From contig JAYKHR010000073.1 in NCBI GenBank assembly GCA_035285125.1, forward strand, positions 1-30,223: 30,223 bases of DNA, read 5' to 3'. Origin of the DNA: Candidatus Sericytochromatia bacterium. GTDB taxonomy: Bacteria; Cyanobacteriota; Sericytochromatia; S15B-MN24; JAQBPE01. A program made the translations under genes and the position numbers. Positions 1 to 9,565 of the stretch are shown in pieces. The notes under the pieces are model-generated. The model was not told the origin of the DNA and did not search any database. It worked only from the letters and a program-made list of their open reading frames with translations. How positions within the stretch are numbered: position 1 is the first letter of the stretch; every line of letters starts with the position of its first letter.

Positions 1-75
1 TTTTCAGGGGGTGTTTTGGGGGACCCCACCCCGTTTATGGCTGAGGGTTCCGGGCACGAGCAGCAGGGTGCGCAG

Positions 76-2082
76 TCATAGGCTCGACGACCTCAGGTTC
101 CTGTCCGCATCCGTCCACCCGATCGCATTTCCTGCCGGGTCCTTGATCCCTGCGACGCGGGCCTTGATCACCCGGTAGCCACCGAACAAGTTTTCTTGGG
201 CACCGCCACGGATCCAGAGGTGCAGGATGCTGGGCGTGGTCGCATCCAGAGTCACATCGGCTATTGAGCGTTGTGGGAACTGGAACTCAATTTTGGGCTG
301 CAGGCTTGCCTTCATCGCAGCGATTGAGGGGCCTGACAGCACGATTCCGGAGCCGTCCAAGCCCTCATCCGTGAGATCGCCGGGTAACGCCCCAACCTTG
401 AAAGAGTAATTGCTGAGGTCCTTCACGGTTGCGTCGACCCGCACCATGTCGTCGCCGACCCAGGCCCCAAGGGATTCAGAGAAGGCCAGATCGATCCGAA
501 TGTCGGGGCCGTCCGGCGTCACTTGCACATCCGTTAGTTTCGGGGAGAATTCATCACGCTTGACTTCGAAGCGCAACGAGGACGTGTGAGTCTGGGCCCA
601 AGCGTTGCGAACGGCACCATCGTAGAAGAGGTCATTGTCCTTGAAGACGTTGCACAGCAGAGTTCCTGCCGCCGGCCATGTCAGATTCCCCGCCGCGTCG
701 GTGCCGAGTTGGTTGCCCTTCAAATCCTCGATCCTCCAATCCGTCATGGCGAACAGTACGGCCTGGTACTCGGCATTTGCCCCGCTGCTTGCTTGGAGAC
801 TGTGATCGAACGTGTAGGTCACTTCGGTGCCGCTCGAATTCCAGCGGGGCCTGAGCCTGTTGGCTGCTGTTCCGAAGAGCTGGGAGTTCGCCCGAATCGC
901 ATATGGATAGCGCACTGCCGTGATGCCCGCGAGGACCTCTCCTGCCCGCTCCGCGGTAACCACGTCGAAGAATGGTTTTGAGGTGCCGCTTACATCGAGT
1001 GCTGACTCGTAACTCGTAGGGACGATGGTAAAGGCCTTGTCCAAGGCGTCGCGGCTGTCCTCGTCGAGGGCCTCGCTCAGCCTGACCGTGAAGGTCAGTT
1101 TGTTGGCGTCCACACCCTTGGCGTCATGCGCTGGGGTCGTGGAAGTTATTTCGGGATAATCCGAGATGAAGTAGGCGGCCCCGGGGTCCGATGGGTCAGT
1201 GCCGCCAAAGTTAAAGATATTCTGCGATCCCGTGGCTGACTGCTGGAACGACGCCACGCGGCGCCGTGACGTCCAGCCGTCCTTCGTCACGACCACCTCC
1301 ACGTTGGCCCCTTCCGGCACGTTGTTGATGATATATGCGCCACCGGTCGTGGTGACGCTGGCAGTGTACGGCACGGAGGCGTCCAGGGACTTGACAGTCA
1401 CGGTGGCGCCATCGACGGTGGCACCCTTCTCGCTACGGACGGTGCCGGAGACGACCACCGTCTTGCCGCTTGGCGGTGGGCCGGAGACGACCACCGTCTT
1501 GCCGCTTGGCGGTGGGTAAGCCCCGTCCTGAGGTGGGACAGTGGGGAAGCCTGTCGGCGTATCTACCGGAGCGGACGGAAGGACAAGGTCAGGGCAGGCC
1601 GCCCTGGGCTCATTCTTGATACGGAGGTAAACCGCGGTTGCCCCCCCATACCATTTTCCAAAGCAGGACCATGTCGAGCCCCCTTCAAGGAGGCTGATTT
1701 CCGCCGTAACTGCACCTTCACAGCCCTTCACCTGCATTCCCCAGGGCAGTGTTTGCCCCTGGTAGCGGCCTTGGGCTGGTGTCCCCACAGCGACCTGGCC
1801 GGGGGGGGCAGCGGCGCCGGTGCAAGTCTCAGAAACAGCAGCAGAAGGCAAAGCCGAGGCAGGCTGCTGCGTTGGCGCCGGCCCCTGCCATCCCATCGAT
1901 GCAACGGGAGACGGCTCATCCTGCGGGGGCGGCTCCACCGCCCGCCTTCCCGTCCCCCCACTCCGCGCCTCACTCAACGCCCCCACCCCGGCGACGCCGG
2001 CCGAGTTCACGTTCGTCACGCACCCCGCGCTCACCAGCGCAGCCGTCGCGATCAGCGTCAGTTTACGGGCCCGAGCCGTCAT
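76..2082 (-). CDS. Large secreted lipoprotein with carboxypeptidase-regulatory-like (CarboxypepD_reg) and Ig-like (Big_5/SbsA-type) domains
   Basis: Signal peptide and lipobox (RKLTLIATAALVSAG-C). VSGTVRSEKGATVDGATVTV...GGAYIINNVPEG...VTKDGW is typical of CarboxypepD_reg. PEITSTTPAHDAKGV...FTVRLSEALD is Big_5-like. Start uncertain (ATG at 2082, 2091, 2097 or 2151). Confidence 0.7.
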   Translation of the reverse strand: MTARARKLTLIATAALVSAGCVTNVNSAGVAGVGALSEARSGGTGRRAVEPPPQDEPSPVASMGWQGPAPTQQPASALPSAAVSETCTGAAAPPGQVAVGTPAQGRYQGQTLPWGMQVKGCEGAVTAEISLLEGGSTWSCFGKWYGGATAVYLRIKNEPRAACPDLVLPSAPVDTPTGFPTVPPQDGAYPPPSGKTVVVSGPPPSGKTVVVSGTVRSEKGATVDGATVTVKSLDASVPYTASVTTTGGAYIINNVPEGANVEVVVTKDGWTSRRRVASFQQSATGSQNIFNFGGTDPSDPGAAYFISDYPEITSTTPAHDAKGVDANKLTFTVRLSEALDEDSRDALDKAFTIVPTSYESALDVSGTSKPFFDVVTAERAGEVLAGITAVRYPYAIRANSQLFGTAANRLRPRWNSSGTEVTYTFDHSLQASSGANAEYQAVLFAMTDWRIEDLKGNQLGTDAAGNLTWPAAGTLLCNVFKDNDLFYDGAVRNAWAQTHTSSLRFEVKRDEFSPKLTDVQVTPDGPDIRIDLAFSESLGAWVGDDMVRVDATVKDLSNYSFKVGALPGDLTDEGLDGSGIVLSGPSIAAMKASLQPKIEFQFPQRSIADVTLDATTPSILHLWIRGGAQENLFGGYRVIKARVAGIKDPAGNAIGWTDADRNLRSSSL
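1445..1516. repeat. Perfect 36-bp tandem duplication in the lipoprotein gene (2 x PPPSGKTVVVSG)
   Basis: ccggagacgaccaccgtcttgccgcttggcggtggg at 1445-1480 and 1481-1516. Confidence 0.95.
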
Positions 2083-2316
2083 GGGTTGCATCCTCATTCG
2101 TCGCGCAGGCCAGGTCGGCACTGCCTCGCGGGAGACACGCCGTGTCTCCATGAATACCCGGGCTCCGTCAGCTTGTCACCTCGGCACTGGATTGGTGGCA
2201 ACAGGCCTCCAGCCCCCACGCCGCCGCAGGCCCCCCGGGAATCGCCAGGGGTGACCGAGGGTGTTACCCATGCCACCCGGTCAAGCTCGTATCATCAGGC
2301 CGGGGGCCTGGGCGCG

Positions 2317-2724
2317 ATGGACACTTTCGGCAGCACCGTGCGACGCGCGCGCGAGCAGCGCGGCTGGTCGCTCGAGGATGCTGCCCGCCACATCGGCCTC
2401 TCGAAATCGCGCCTGCGGGAGCTGGAGACCGGGCTCAGCCTGAAGACCCGGAAGCCCACCCGGCCCACGGCCGACAACGTTGCGCGGGTGGCGAGGGGCC
2501 TCGGCCTCGACCAGGACCACCTCGCCGGGCTTGCGGGGCTCGGCTACCGCGTCGTGCCCGGCAGCAGCGAGGAGACCGCCATCCTGGCGGCCTTCCGCGC
2601 CCTGCCCCAGCCCATGCGGCCCGTCGCCGTGCGCGTCGTCGAGGCGCTGGGCGATGCGCCCGCGCGGGACACCCTCGGCATCGCGGCGGAGGGCGAGGCG
2701 CCGTTTATTCGCAAGCGGAGCTGA
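2317..2724 (+). CDS. XRE/Cro-CI family helix-turn-helix transcriptional regulator
   Basis: FGSTVRRAREQRGWSLEDAARHIGLSKSRLRELETG HTH_3 pattern; C-terminal EETAILAAFRALP helix; TATCAT -10-like hexamer at 2290-2295. Confidence 0.85.
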   Translation: MDTFGSTVRRAREQRGWSLEDAARHIGLSKSRLRELETGLSLKTRKPTRPTADNVARVARGLGLDQDHLAGLAGLGYRVVPGSSEETAILAAFRALPQPMRPVAVRVVEALGDAPARDTLGIAAEGEAPFIRKRS

Positions 2725-2820
2725 GCGGGCCGGGGCCTCACGGCAGCGTGCCCGTCCCCAACACCGTGCGGATCGTTGGTGGACAGCTGACACGCACTCG
2801 GGCCACCGGCTCGGTCACGC

Positions 2821-2846
2821 CTGGGGCGTTTAACCAAAAACCCCAG
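2821..2846. terminator. Possible hairpin terminator between convergent genes
   Basis: ctgggg...ccccag stem around an A/T-rich core, between the XRE gene and the convergent lipoprotein gene. Confidence 0.35.
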
Positions 2847-2861
2847 CCGCATCCACCTGCC

Positions 2862-3692
2862 TCACAGCACCGTCACCGTGATGGTCGCCCCCTTTGTCTC
2901 GTCCGCCGCTGCCTTCACGCGCAGCGTCGTCGTGCCGGCCTTCACGGCGGTGATGCCACCCGGCTCCGCGTCGAGGGCGACGATGTCGGGGGCGTCCGAG
3001 GTGATGATCACGGCGCCGTCCCGGGTGCCGTCCGAGTAGGTCACGGTGCCGGCCACGGAGGTCTTCAGCCCGGCCTTCAGCACGAGCGTCGCCAGGGACA
3101 CCTGCACCTCCGTCACGGTGCGGGGGGCGCCCGGTGGCTGGGCCGTGAGCTCCGTGAGCCTGTGGTGCACGAGGGCGGCCCCCGGGTGGCGCTGCTGGAA
3201 GCAGGCGCGGGCGGCTGGCTCCCTCGCCAGCTTCGTGATCTCCGCCGTCACCTGCGCCTCGCTCGGGAAGGCCGTGTTCCAGCCCGCAGGCACGAGCTGC
3301 CCGGCATACGCCCCCAGGGCGGCCGCGGCGGGCTCCGGTGAGGCCGTGGGCGCCGGGGCGGTGCAGGGCCCGACGTCGGGCAGGCCGGCCGGGGGGGGCG
3401 CCACGGTCGGCGAGGCGGCCGCGTCGGCCGCGGAGGAGGCGGCCGCGTCCTGTGAGGGGCTCGGGGACGCGGGCTGGCGGGGTGAGGCGCTCGTGGTGAC
3501 CTCCTCGGCGTAACTCTCCGGAGGGGACTTCGTGCGTTGGGTTCCCGGGGTGCCCGAAGCGGCGCTCGGCGTCGTCCGTCGGGCGCCCCGCGCGGCCGCT
3601 GCCTCGGGGCTCTCCACCGCGCTTGGCGACGCACAAGCGGCCAGCCAGGCGGCTGTGGCGAGGAGCAAGTGCGACGAGCGACGGTGGAGCAT
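2862..3692 (-). CDS. Lipoprotein with Pro/Ala/Ser-rich linker and C-terminal Big_2-type Ig-like domain
   Basis: MLHRRSSHLLLATAAWLAA-C lipobox; C-terminal TVTYSDGT...SDAPDIVALD...GGITAVKAGTTTLRV...ATITVTV is Big_2-like. Confidence 0.7.
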   Translation of the reverse strand: MLHRRSSHLLLATAAWLAACASPSAVESPEAAAARGARRTTPSAASGTPGTQRTKSPPESYAEEVTTSASPRQPASPSPSQDAAASSAADAAASPTVAPPPAGLPDVGPCTAPAPTASPEPAAAALGAYAGQLVPAGWNTAFPSEAQVTAEITKLAREPAARACFQQRHPGAALVHHRLTELTAQPPGAPRTVTEVQVSLATLVLKAGLKTSVAGTVTYSDGTRDGAVIITSDAPDIVALDAEPGGITAVKAGTTTLRVKAAADETKGATITVTVL

Positions 3693-3754
3693 GAGCTTAC
3701 TCTCCCGGTCGGTTCGAGGCCCCCTGCGCCACCGGCCCACCAGACGCCGGGGGC

Positions 3755-5557
3755 TCAGGCCTCCGGGGCCTGGTCCAGCGTCGCCTCGAACTCGTCGATC
3801 AGCGCCTCGACGGCGTTGAGGCCCTTGTGCCAGAAGCCGACGTCGTGCATGTCGACGTCGATGCGCTTCAGCAAGGTGGCCACCGCCGGCGACAGGCCCC
3901 CCTCCAGCAGCTGGCCGACAAAGGCCTCGGCAAACTGAGAGCCCTCCTCGCGGTAGCGCTGGCGCAGCCCGTAGACCATCATCAGCCCGAAGGGATACGA
4001 CATCGAGTAGAACGGCATGTTCACGGCGTGCTGGTGCACCAGCCACCCCTGGGAGACCCACTCGGGCAGCTCGACCTCCGGGCCGAACAGGCGGCGGCGC
4101 TCCTGCATCCAGAGCGTGCGGAAGGTCTCGGCCGCGAGGGGGCCTTCGTGCCGCGCCGCGTGGATTTGTTGCTCCCAGCGGGTCATGGCGACCTGCAAGA
4201 AGAGCGTGCCGACCGTCGTGTCGAGCCAGGCACCGAGCAGGGTGCGGCGCACGTCGTGGCTGGGCGCCTCGGCCACGAGACGCTCGAAGGCCAGCAGCTC
4301 GCCGAAGGTGGAGGGCGTCTCCGAGAACATGCTGATGCGCAGGTTCATGTAGCGGTCGAAGGCGCCCGTCATCGCGTAGTGGACGCCGTGCCCCAGCTCG
4401 TGGGCGAGCGTCAGGAGGTCGCGGATGCGGTTGGTGTAGCTGATGAGCAGGTAGGGGTGCCGGCCTGGCGTGGACCACGAGCAGAAGGCACCCGCCCACT
4501 TGTTGGGGGCGGGGGCGGCATCGATGTAGCCGTCGGTGAAGAAGCGGTCGATCAGCTGGCCCACGCGCGGGTGGAAGCCCGTGTAGGCGTCGTGCACGAT
4601 GCGGCGCGCCTCCGAGAAGCTGTACTGCGGGGGCTCGGCGGCCATCGGGGCGTTGATGTCCCAGGCCGAGAAGTCCTCGATGCCCAGGGCCCTGGCCTTG
4701 AGGCCCATGTAGCGGTGCACCAGGTCGTAGCGGGACTCGACGGCCGAGAGCATCGCCTCCACGGCCGACGCATCGAGGTCCTCGTCGATCAGGGTCTCGC
4801 CGTAGGGCAGCGAGAAGCCGCGCAGCTCCGCGTTGACGCGCACGTCCTCCAGCACGGCGTTGAAGACGGCGGTGATCACGTCCGTGCGGTCCACGATCGA
4901 CTGGATCGAGGCCTCCGTGGCCGCACGTCGCGTGGCGCGGTTCGGGCTCGTCATCAGGCGGTTGGCCTCGGCCACGCTGACGGTGTAGGCCCCCTGTGGG
5001 CTCGGCATCCGGATGATGCGTGAGGAGGTCAGCGTGGTGTAGAGCTGCCGCCAGGCCTGGATCCCGCTCTGCTCCTTGCGGGTGATGGCCCGCTCGACGG
5101 CGTCCTCGAGCGCATGCGGGGCCCGTCGGCGGAGCCTCGAGAGCGTCTCCCGCCAGGGTGCCAGCGCCTCTGCCTCGCAGAGTGCCTGGAAGGCCTCCTC
5201 GGCCAGGTCCTGGAGCTCGTGGTGCAGGAACGCCGTGTCCATCCGGACCATCGCCGTCTCGCCGCCCATCCGGGTGTTCAGGGCCTGGGCGCGCTCGTCC
5301 CGCGTGTCGAGGCAGTAGGTGAGGAAGCCGAAGTCAGCCAGGTCGCTGAGCCGGCCCCCGATGGCGTCGTAGCGCTCCAGGGCCTCGCGCAGCTGGTCTG
5401 CTCTCAGCGAGGCGATCCGGCCCTGGTAGGCGGCCAGGAAGTCCTGCGCCTCTGCCCGAACGGCCCCCAGTTCGGCCTCAACCCGCGGATCGTCGGGGCC
5501 GTCGAAGTACGGCGAGAGGTTCCACCGGCTCAGCTCTTCACGGGGCGCTACGGACAT
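3755..5557 (-). CDS. pepF: Oligoendopeptidase F (peptidase family M3B)
   Basis: N-terminal WNLSPYF; KWAGAFC; zinc motif TLAHELGHGVH; SETPSTFGE; FYSMSYPFG. Confidence 0.88.
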   Translation of the reverse strand: MSVAPREELSRWNLSPYFDGPDDPRVEAELGAVRAEAQDFLAAYQGRIASLRADQLREALERYDAIGGRLSDLADFGFLTYCLDTRDERAQALNTRMGGETAMVRMDTAFLHHELQDLAEEAFQALCEAEALAPWRETLSRLRRRAPHALEDAVERAITRKEQSGIQAWRQLYTTLTSSRIIRMPSPQGAYTVSVAEANRLMTSPNRATRRAATEASIQSIVDRTDVITAVFNAVLEDVRVNAELRGFSLPYGETLIDEDLDASAVEAMLSAVESRYDLVHRYMGLKARALGIEDFSAWDINAPMAAEPPQYSFSEARRIVHDAYTGFHPRVGQLIDRFFTDGYIDAAPAPNKWAGAFCSWSTPGRHPYLLISYTNRIRDLLTLAHELGHGVHYAMTGAFDRYMNLRISMFSETPSTFGELLAFERLVAEAPSHDVRRTLLGAWLDTTVGTLFLQVAMTRWEQQIHAARHEGPLAAETFRTLWMQERRRLFGPEVELPEWVSQGWLVHQHAVNMPFYSMSYPFGLMMVYGLRQRYREEGSQFAEAFVGQLLEGGLSPAVATLLKRIDVDMHDVGFWHKGLNAVEALIDEFEATLDQAPEA

Positions 5558-5632
5558 CGGATGCTCCTGCCGGGCCTGCTCGCGCAGCCCCACGCCTGCC
5601 TTGAACCCCGGCGGCGCACCTTCGTAACGAAG

Positions 5633-5664
5633 GCGGGGACCTCTCGGGTGGGAGAGGTCCCCGC
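5633..5664 (-). terminator. Strong hairpin downstream of the aldolase gene (terminator or mRNA-stabilising stem)
   Basis: 13-bp perfect stem gcggggacctctc / gagaggtccccgc; adjacent small hairpin ccttcg-taa-cgaagg at 5619-5633. Confidence 0.65.
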
Positions 5665-5683
5665 GCGGCCGGAGGCCAGACGC

Positions 5684-6766
5684 TCAGGCGATGGTGATCT
5701 CGGGGCTGAGGTACACGTCCTGCACGGCCTGCAGGAGGCGCACGCCGTCCTCGAAGGGCTTCTGGAAGGCCCGCCGACCCAGGATCAGGCCCATGCCGCC
5801 CGCCCGCTTGTTGATGATCGCCGTGCGGACAGACTCGGCGAGGTCCGTCTCGCCCGAAGAGGCCCCGCCCGAGTTGATGAGGCCGGCCCGGCCCATGTAG
5901 CAGTTCGCCACCTGGTAGCGCGTCATGTCGATCGGGTTCGCCGACGAGAGCTCGCTGTAGACGCGCTTGTCGGTCTTCCCGAAGTTGATCGCGTCGTAGC
6001 CGGAGGCGTGGACCTCGGGCAGCTTCTGCTTGATGATGTCGGCCTTGATGGTCGAGCCGAGGTGGCAGGCCTGCGAGCTCAGGTCCATCGCGGTGTGGTA
6101 GTCCACGCCGTCCTTCTTGAAGGCGTTGTTCCGGGTGTAGCACCAAAGGATGGTGGCCATGCCCAGCTCGTGGGCGCGGGCAAAGGCCTCGGACACCTCC
6201 ACGATCTGGCGGCGCGACTCCTCGGAGCCGAAGTAGATGGTCGCGCCCACGGCCGCGGCACCCATCTGGTAGGCGTCCTCGACCGTGCCGAACATCACCT
6301 GGTCGTAGCTGTTGGGGTAGGACAGGAACTCGTTGTGGTTGAGCTTCACGACGAACGGGATCCGGTGGGCGTACTTGCGCGCCAGCGAGGACAGCACGCC
6401 GAAGGTCGAGGCGACGCCGTTGCAGCCACCTTCGACGGCCAGCCGGATGATGTTCTCGGGGTCGAAGTAGATGGGGTTCTTGGCGAACGACGCCCCGGCC
6501 GAGTGCTCGATGCCCTGGTCGACGGGGAAGATCGACAGGTAGCCGGTGCCCGCCAGGCGGCCCGTGTTGAACAGGCGCTGCAGGTTGTTGACGACGGGCT
6601 GCGGGCGATCGGAGTGCAGGAAGATGCGCTCGATGAAGTCAGGGCCCGGGAGGTGCAGCATCGAGCTCGGGATGCCGGTGGACCGGTGCGAGAGCAGGCT
6701 CTCGGCGTCCTTGCCCAGCAACTCCGTGACCCAATCGATGGTGCGCTTCTCGGTGTTGATCGTCAT
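5684..6766 (-). CDS. fbaB: Class I fructose-bisphosphate aldolase (FbaB/DhnA type)
   Basis: [43 protein letters not shown] (Schiff-base Lys), [26 protein letters not shown]. Confidence 0.95.
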   Translation of the reverse strand: MTINTEKRTIDWVTELLGKDAESLLSHRSTGIPSSMLHLPGPDFIERIFLHSDRPQPVVNNLQRLFNTGRLAGTGYLSIFPVDQGIEHSAGASFAKNPIYFDPENIIRLAVEGGCNGVASTFGVLSSLARKYAHRIPFVVKLNHNEFLSYPNSYDQVMFGTVEDAYQMGAAAVGATIYFGSEESRRQIVEVSEAFARAHELGMATILWCYTRNNAFKKDGVDYHTAMDLSSQACHLGSTIKADIIKQKLPEVHASGYDAINFGKTDKRVYSELSSANPIDMTRYQVANCYMGRAGLINSGGASSGETDLAESVRTAIINKRAGGMGLILGRRAFQKPFEDGVRLLQAVQDVYLSPEITIA

Positions 6767-6861
6767 GCGGCCTCCTGCACGTGAGAACGGCGGTCTGTCG
6801 GCGGTGAACGCCCAAGCTCACGTTCTACCACGTGCCAGGCCAGCGGTCCAACGGCCCCGCC

Positions 6862-7065
6862 TCACGCCCGCGGCGGCGGGGCCTCGACGGGCTCGGCATC
6901 CAGCAGCCAGGGCATGGGGTTCTCGCGGAAGAACTCGGCTGCCAGGGAGGGCCTGACGAGCTCCTGGGCGAGAGCCTTGCGTCGTGCCGCGAGCCGCAGC
7001 ACCGTGACAAAGCGGTTTTCTTGGCCGTGGGTCACGGTGGCGGCGTTCAGCTTGGGTCGTTTCAA
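6862..7065 (-). CDS. Small 67-aa protein with an RNA polymerase omega (RpoZ)-like N-terminal motif
   Basis: TTG start 5 nt after GGAGG; ENRFVTVLRLAARRKALAQE resembles the RpoZ NR(F/Y)xLVxxxAxRAxQL motif. Confidence 0.45.
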   Translation of the reverse strand: MKRPKLNAATVTHGQENRFVTVLRLAARRKALAQELVRPSLAAEFFRENPMPWLLDAEPVEAPPPRA

Positions 7066-7173
7066 GGCAGCCTCCCTCCGGCCCCGGCGCTCCGGGGCTC
7101 CAGGAGAGCCTATCGGGTGAGGCCCGGCCGTGTCCTGTCCAGGAGGCACCAGGCCTTCCGTCAGGGCCGTGGT

Positions 7174-8307
7174 TCAGGCAGAGACCGGTGCCAGGAGTGA
7201 CTCCTGACAGTACGGGCAGCGGGTGCCCCCCGGCTTCACCAGCACGACGGTCTCCGCGAAGCAGCCCGCGCACGCCGCGCCGACGAACAGGCGGCCCGTC
7301 GGGGCGTTCTGCTGCAGCAGGCGCAGGCCGATGAACCCGACGTCGTTCGCCGGCGCCCCCATCGTGGCCCCGCCACAGCGTGGACAAGGGCCATGCTCGG
7401 GCCGGATCGCCATCGTCCGACAGGCGGGGCACAGCAGGGTGTGCCCCGGTGGCCGGCTGCTCTTGAGCCAGGCCATGGCCGCCCGGCCCATCTCGACCCA
7501 CTCCTGAGAGGGCTGGAGCTTGTAGACCGCCTGCGCGATCTGGAAGGCCCAGCCGACGTAGCCCAGCGCCCAGGCCGCGTGGATCGTCAGCCGGCCGATC
7601 TGGGCCTCCTTGGGGGCCAGCATATAGGCCAGCAGGAAGTGGTGCGCCGCATCCTCGGGGGCCTTCGCGGCCATCAGCACGTGGCCGATCTGCGCGTAGA
7701 TCGTCGCGTCCGCGGCGTTCGCCTTCAGCGCCTCGGCGAGGGCCGCGAGGGCGTGGCCGAACTGCCCCTGGCCCTGCAGCTCGCGGGCCTTGGCACGCAG
7801 CGCGTCGGCACGCATGACGTCGACAGCGACGGGCAGGGTCGGGGCCGTCTGGGCGGGCCCCTGGGCGAGCAGCGTGAGCACCAGGGAGCGCGGCTGGGGG
7901 CCGGGCGGCTTCGGGGCTGCGGGGGGCGCCGTGGGCGGGGCTGCCTCGGGAGGCGGCTCCGGGGCCGGTGGGGTGGCCGTGGGCTCGTGGGCCGTCGGGG
8001 CGGCGGCTGCGAGGGGCTCCGGGGCCGGTGCGGAGGCCTCGATGGCCGGCGGCAGTTCCTGCGCCATCGGGGCGGCGGCTTGGCCGGCCGGCACCGCCCG
8101 CGCGGCCTCCAGGGGGACGGCGGCTGACAGGGGCTCGGCGAACACCGTGGTGCTTCCCGCCATGCGCGGCCGCACGATCACGGCCCCCTCCGTGAGGCCC
8201 TGCGGGTGCCAGGGCCCGTCCCAGAAGGGCGGGGCGTCTCCAGGCTGGAGTGGGGCTGCGGGCTCGGCGGGTGCCATCGGGGGCTCCGGGACAGGGGGCA
8301 CCCTCAT
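7174..8307 (-). CDS. Pro-rich N-terminus, TPR repeats and C-terminal double zinc-ribbon protein
   Basis: TPR-like helices (ALRAKARELQGQGQFGHALAALAEALKANAADATIYAQIGHVL); CPAC-x9-CPRC and CAGC-x14-CPYC. Start uncertain (8307 or 8277). Confidence 0.65.
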   Translation of the reverse strand: MRVPPVPEPPMAPAEPAAPLQPGDAPPFWDGPWHPQGLTEGAVIVRPRMAGSTTVFAEPLSAAVPLEAARAVPAGQAAAPMAQELPPAIEASAPAPEPLAAAAPTAHEPTATPPAPEPPPEAAPPTAPPAAPKPPGPQPRSLVLTLLAQGPAQTAPTLPVAVDVMRADALRAKARELQGQGQFGHALAALAEALKANAADATIYAQIGHVLMAAKAPEDAAHHFLLAYMLAPKEAQIGRLTIHAAWALGYVGWAFQIAQAVYKLQPSQEWVEMGRAAMAWLKSSRPPGHTLLCPACRTMAIRPEHGPCPRCGGATMGAPANDVGFIGLRLLQQNAPTGRLFVGAACAGCFAETVVLVKPGGTRCPYCQESLLAPVSA

Positions 8308-8327
8308 TCGTACCCAGGCAGCCCGGC

Positions 8328-9338
8328 TCAATAGCGGAAGGCCAGCGCCCCCACCGAGAACCCCGCCGACGTGCCGAGCAGCAGCGCCGTGTCGCCCCGT
8401 CTGAGGCGGCCCTCGCGCACCGCGGCCTCGAGCGCCAGCGGGATCGAGGCGGCCACGGTGTTGCCGTGGTCGTGGGCGATCGTCAGCCAGCGCTCCGGCG
8501 GGAGCCCGAGGCGGCGGCGCATCAGCTCCAGCGCGCTGGGGCTGGCCTGGTGGGGGACCACGAGCGCGACGTCGTCGAGCGACAGCCCGGCCTGGCCGAG
8601 CACCTCCGACAAGAAGCCCGGCAGCACCGCGGCGCTGCGCTTGAACACGGCCCGCCCGTCCATCTCGAACAGGCAGTAGCCCTCGGCGTAGCTCGCGAGG
8701 TCCCCCCGGTGCTCCCGGGGGTGGTGGCGGGAGCCTCCGCCCCGGATCCGCGTCAGGTCGGCGCCCTCGCTGTAGGTCTGCATCCCGCACGCCAGGAACG
8801 CGGCGGGGTCGTCGGCGGGGCTGGCCTCGACGACGGCTGCTGCGGCGCCGTCGCCCAGGATCATCGCGCTCTCACGCGCCTGCCAGTCGAGCCCGACGGA
8901 GGCGATGTCGGCGGACACCACCAGCACGCGCCGGTAGCGCCCCGCCTCGATCAGGCAGCTCGCCACGTCCAGCGCCGTGAGGAAGCTGAGGCACGTCGAA
9001 TTCACGTCGAAGGCCGGGATGCCCGAGCGCTCGGCCCCCAGGGCGCGCTGGATCAGGGCCGCGTTGCAGGGGATGGCCTGCTCGGGCGTGCCGCAGGCGC
9101 CCAGGATGAGGTCCACGTCAGCCAGCGCGAGCCCCCCCGCCTCGAGGGCCTGCCGGGCGGCCTTCGCCCCCATGCTGGAGGCCAGCTCGTCGCCCGCGTA
9201 GCGCCGCTCGAGCACGCCGCTTTCGGCCGCCACGGTGCCCGGCGGCAGGCCCATCCGCTCGTCGAGTGCCGCCGCCGTGACGACGGTGGTGGGCAGGTAG
9301 CGGCCCACGGAGCGGATACGGATGCGGCGTGGCGGCAT
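8328..9338 (-). CDS. 3-oxoacyl-ACP synthase III-like (FabH family) condensing enzyme
   Basis: Catalytic Cys-His-Asn: DVNSTCLSF, VPHQAS, HGNTVAASIP; also LGDGAAA and GTSAG. Confidence 0.9.
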   Translation of the reverse strand: MPPRRIRIRSVGRYLPTTVVTAAALDERMGLPPGTVAAESGVLERRYAGDELASSMGAKAARQALEAGGLALADVDLILGACGTPEQAIPCNAALIQRALGAERSGIPAFDVNSTCLSFLTALDVASCLIEAGRYRRVLVVSADIASVGLDWQARESAMILGDGAAAAVVEASPADDPAAFLACGMQTYSEGADLTRIRGGGSRHHPREHRGDLASYAEGYCLFEMDGRAVFKRSAAVLPGFLSEVLGQAGLSLDDVALVVPHQASPSALELMRRRLGLPPERWLTIAHDHGNTVAASIPLALEAAVREGRLRRGDTALLLGTSAGFSVGALAFRY

Positions 9339-9565
9339 GAGGGTTCTCTGGGCTCAGGCGGGCGTCTGCTGGGGTATGATGGTCGCACTCTACCCTGCCG
9401 CGCGGGCCCGCGTCACGTCCTGAGGGATCGCTTGCCGACCGCCATGCTTCACGGCTGCCCACCTGCCGGCCACCGACGCGCCCCCGGGGCCGTTGGCCCG
9501 AGGCCCGCCCCGGGCTCACCGTCGCTCGCGCGTCGGGCTGCCAACCTGGTCAAGGGGGGGGCCCG

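Noticed and set aside
1445..1516. CRISPR repeat (36 bp)
   Set aside because: Two adjacent copies with no spacer, in frame inside a CDS, and no cas genes in the window.
2829..2836. Additional TTTAACCA box
   Set aside because: Single copy with no 11-bp partner, located between convergent 3' ends inside a hairpin.
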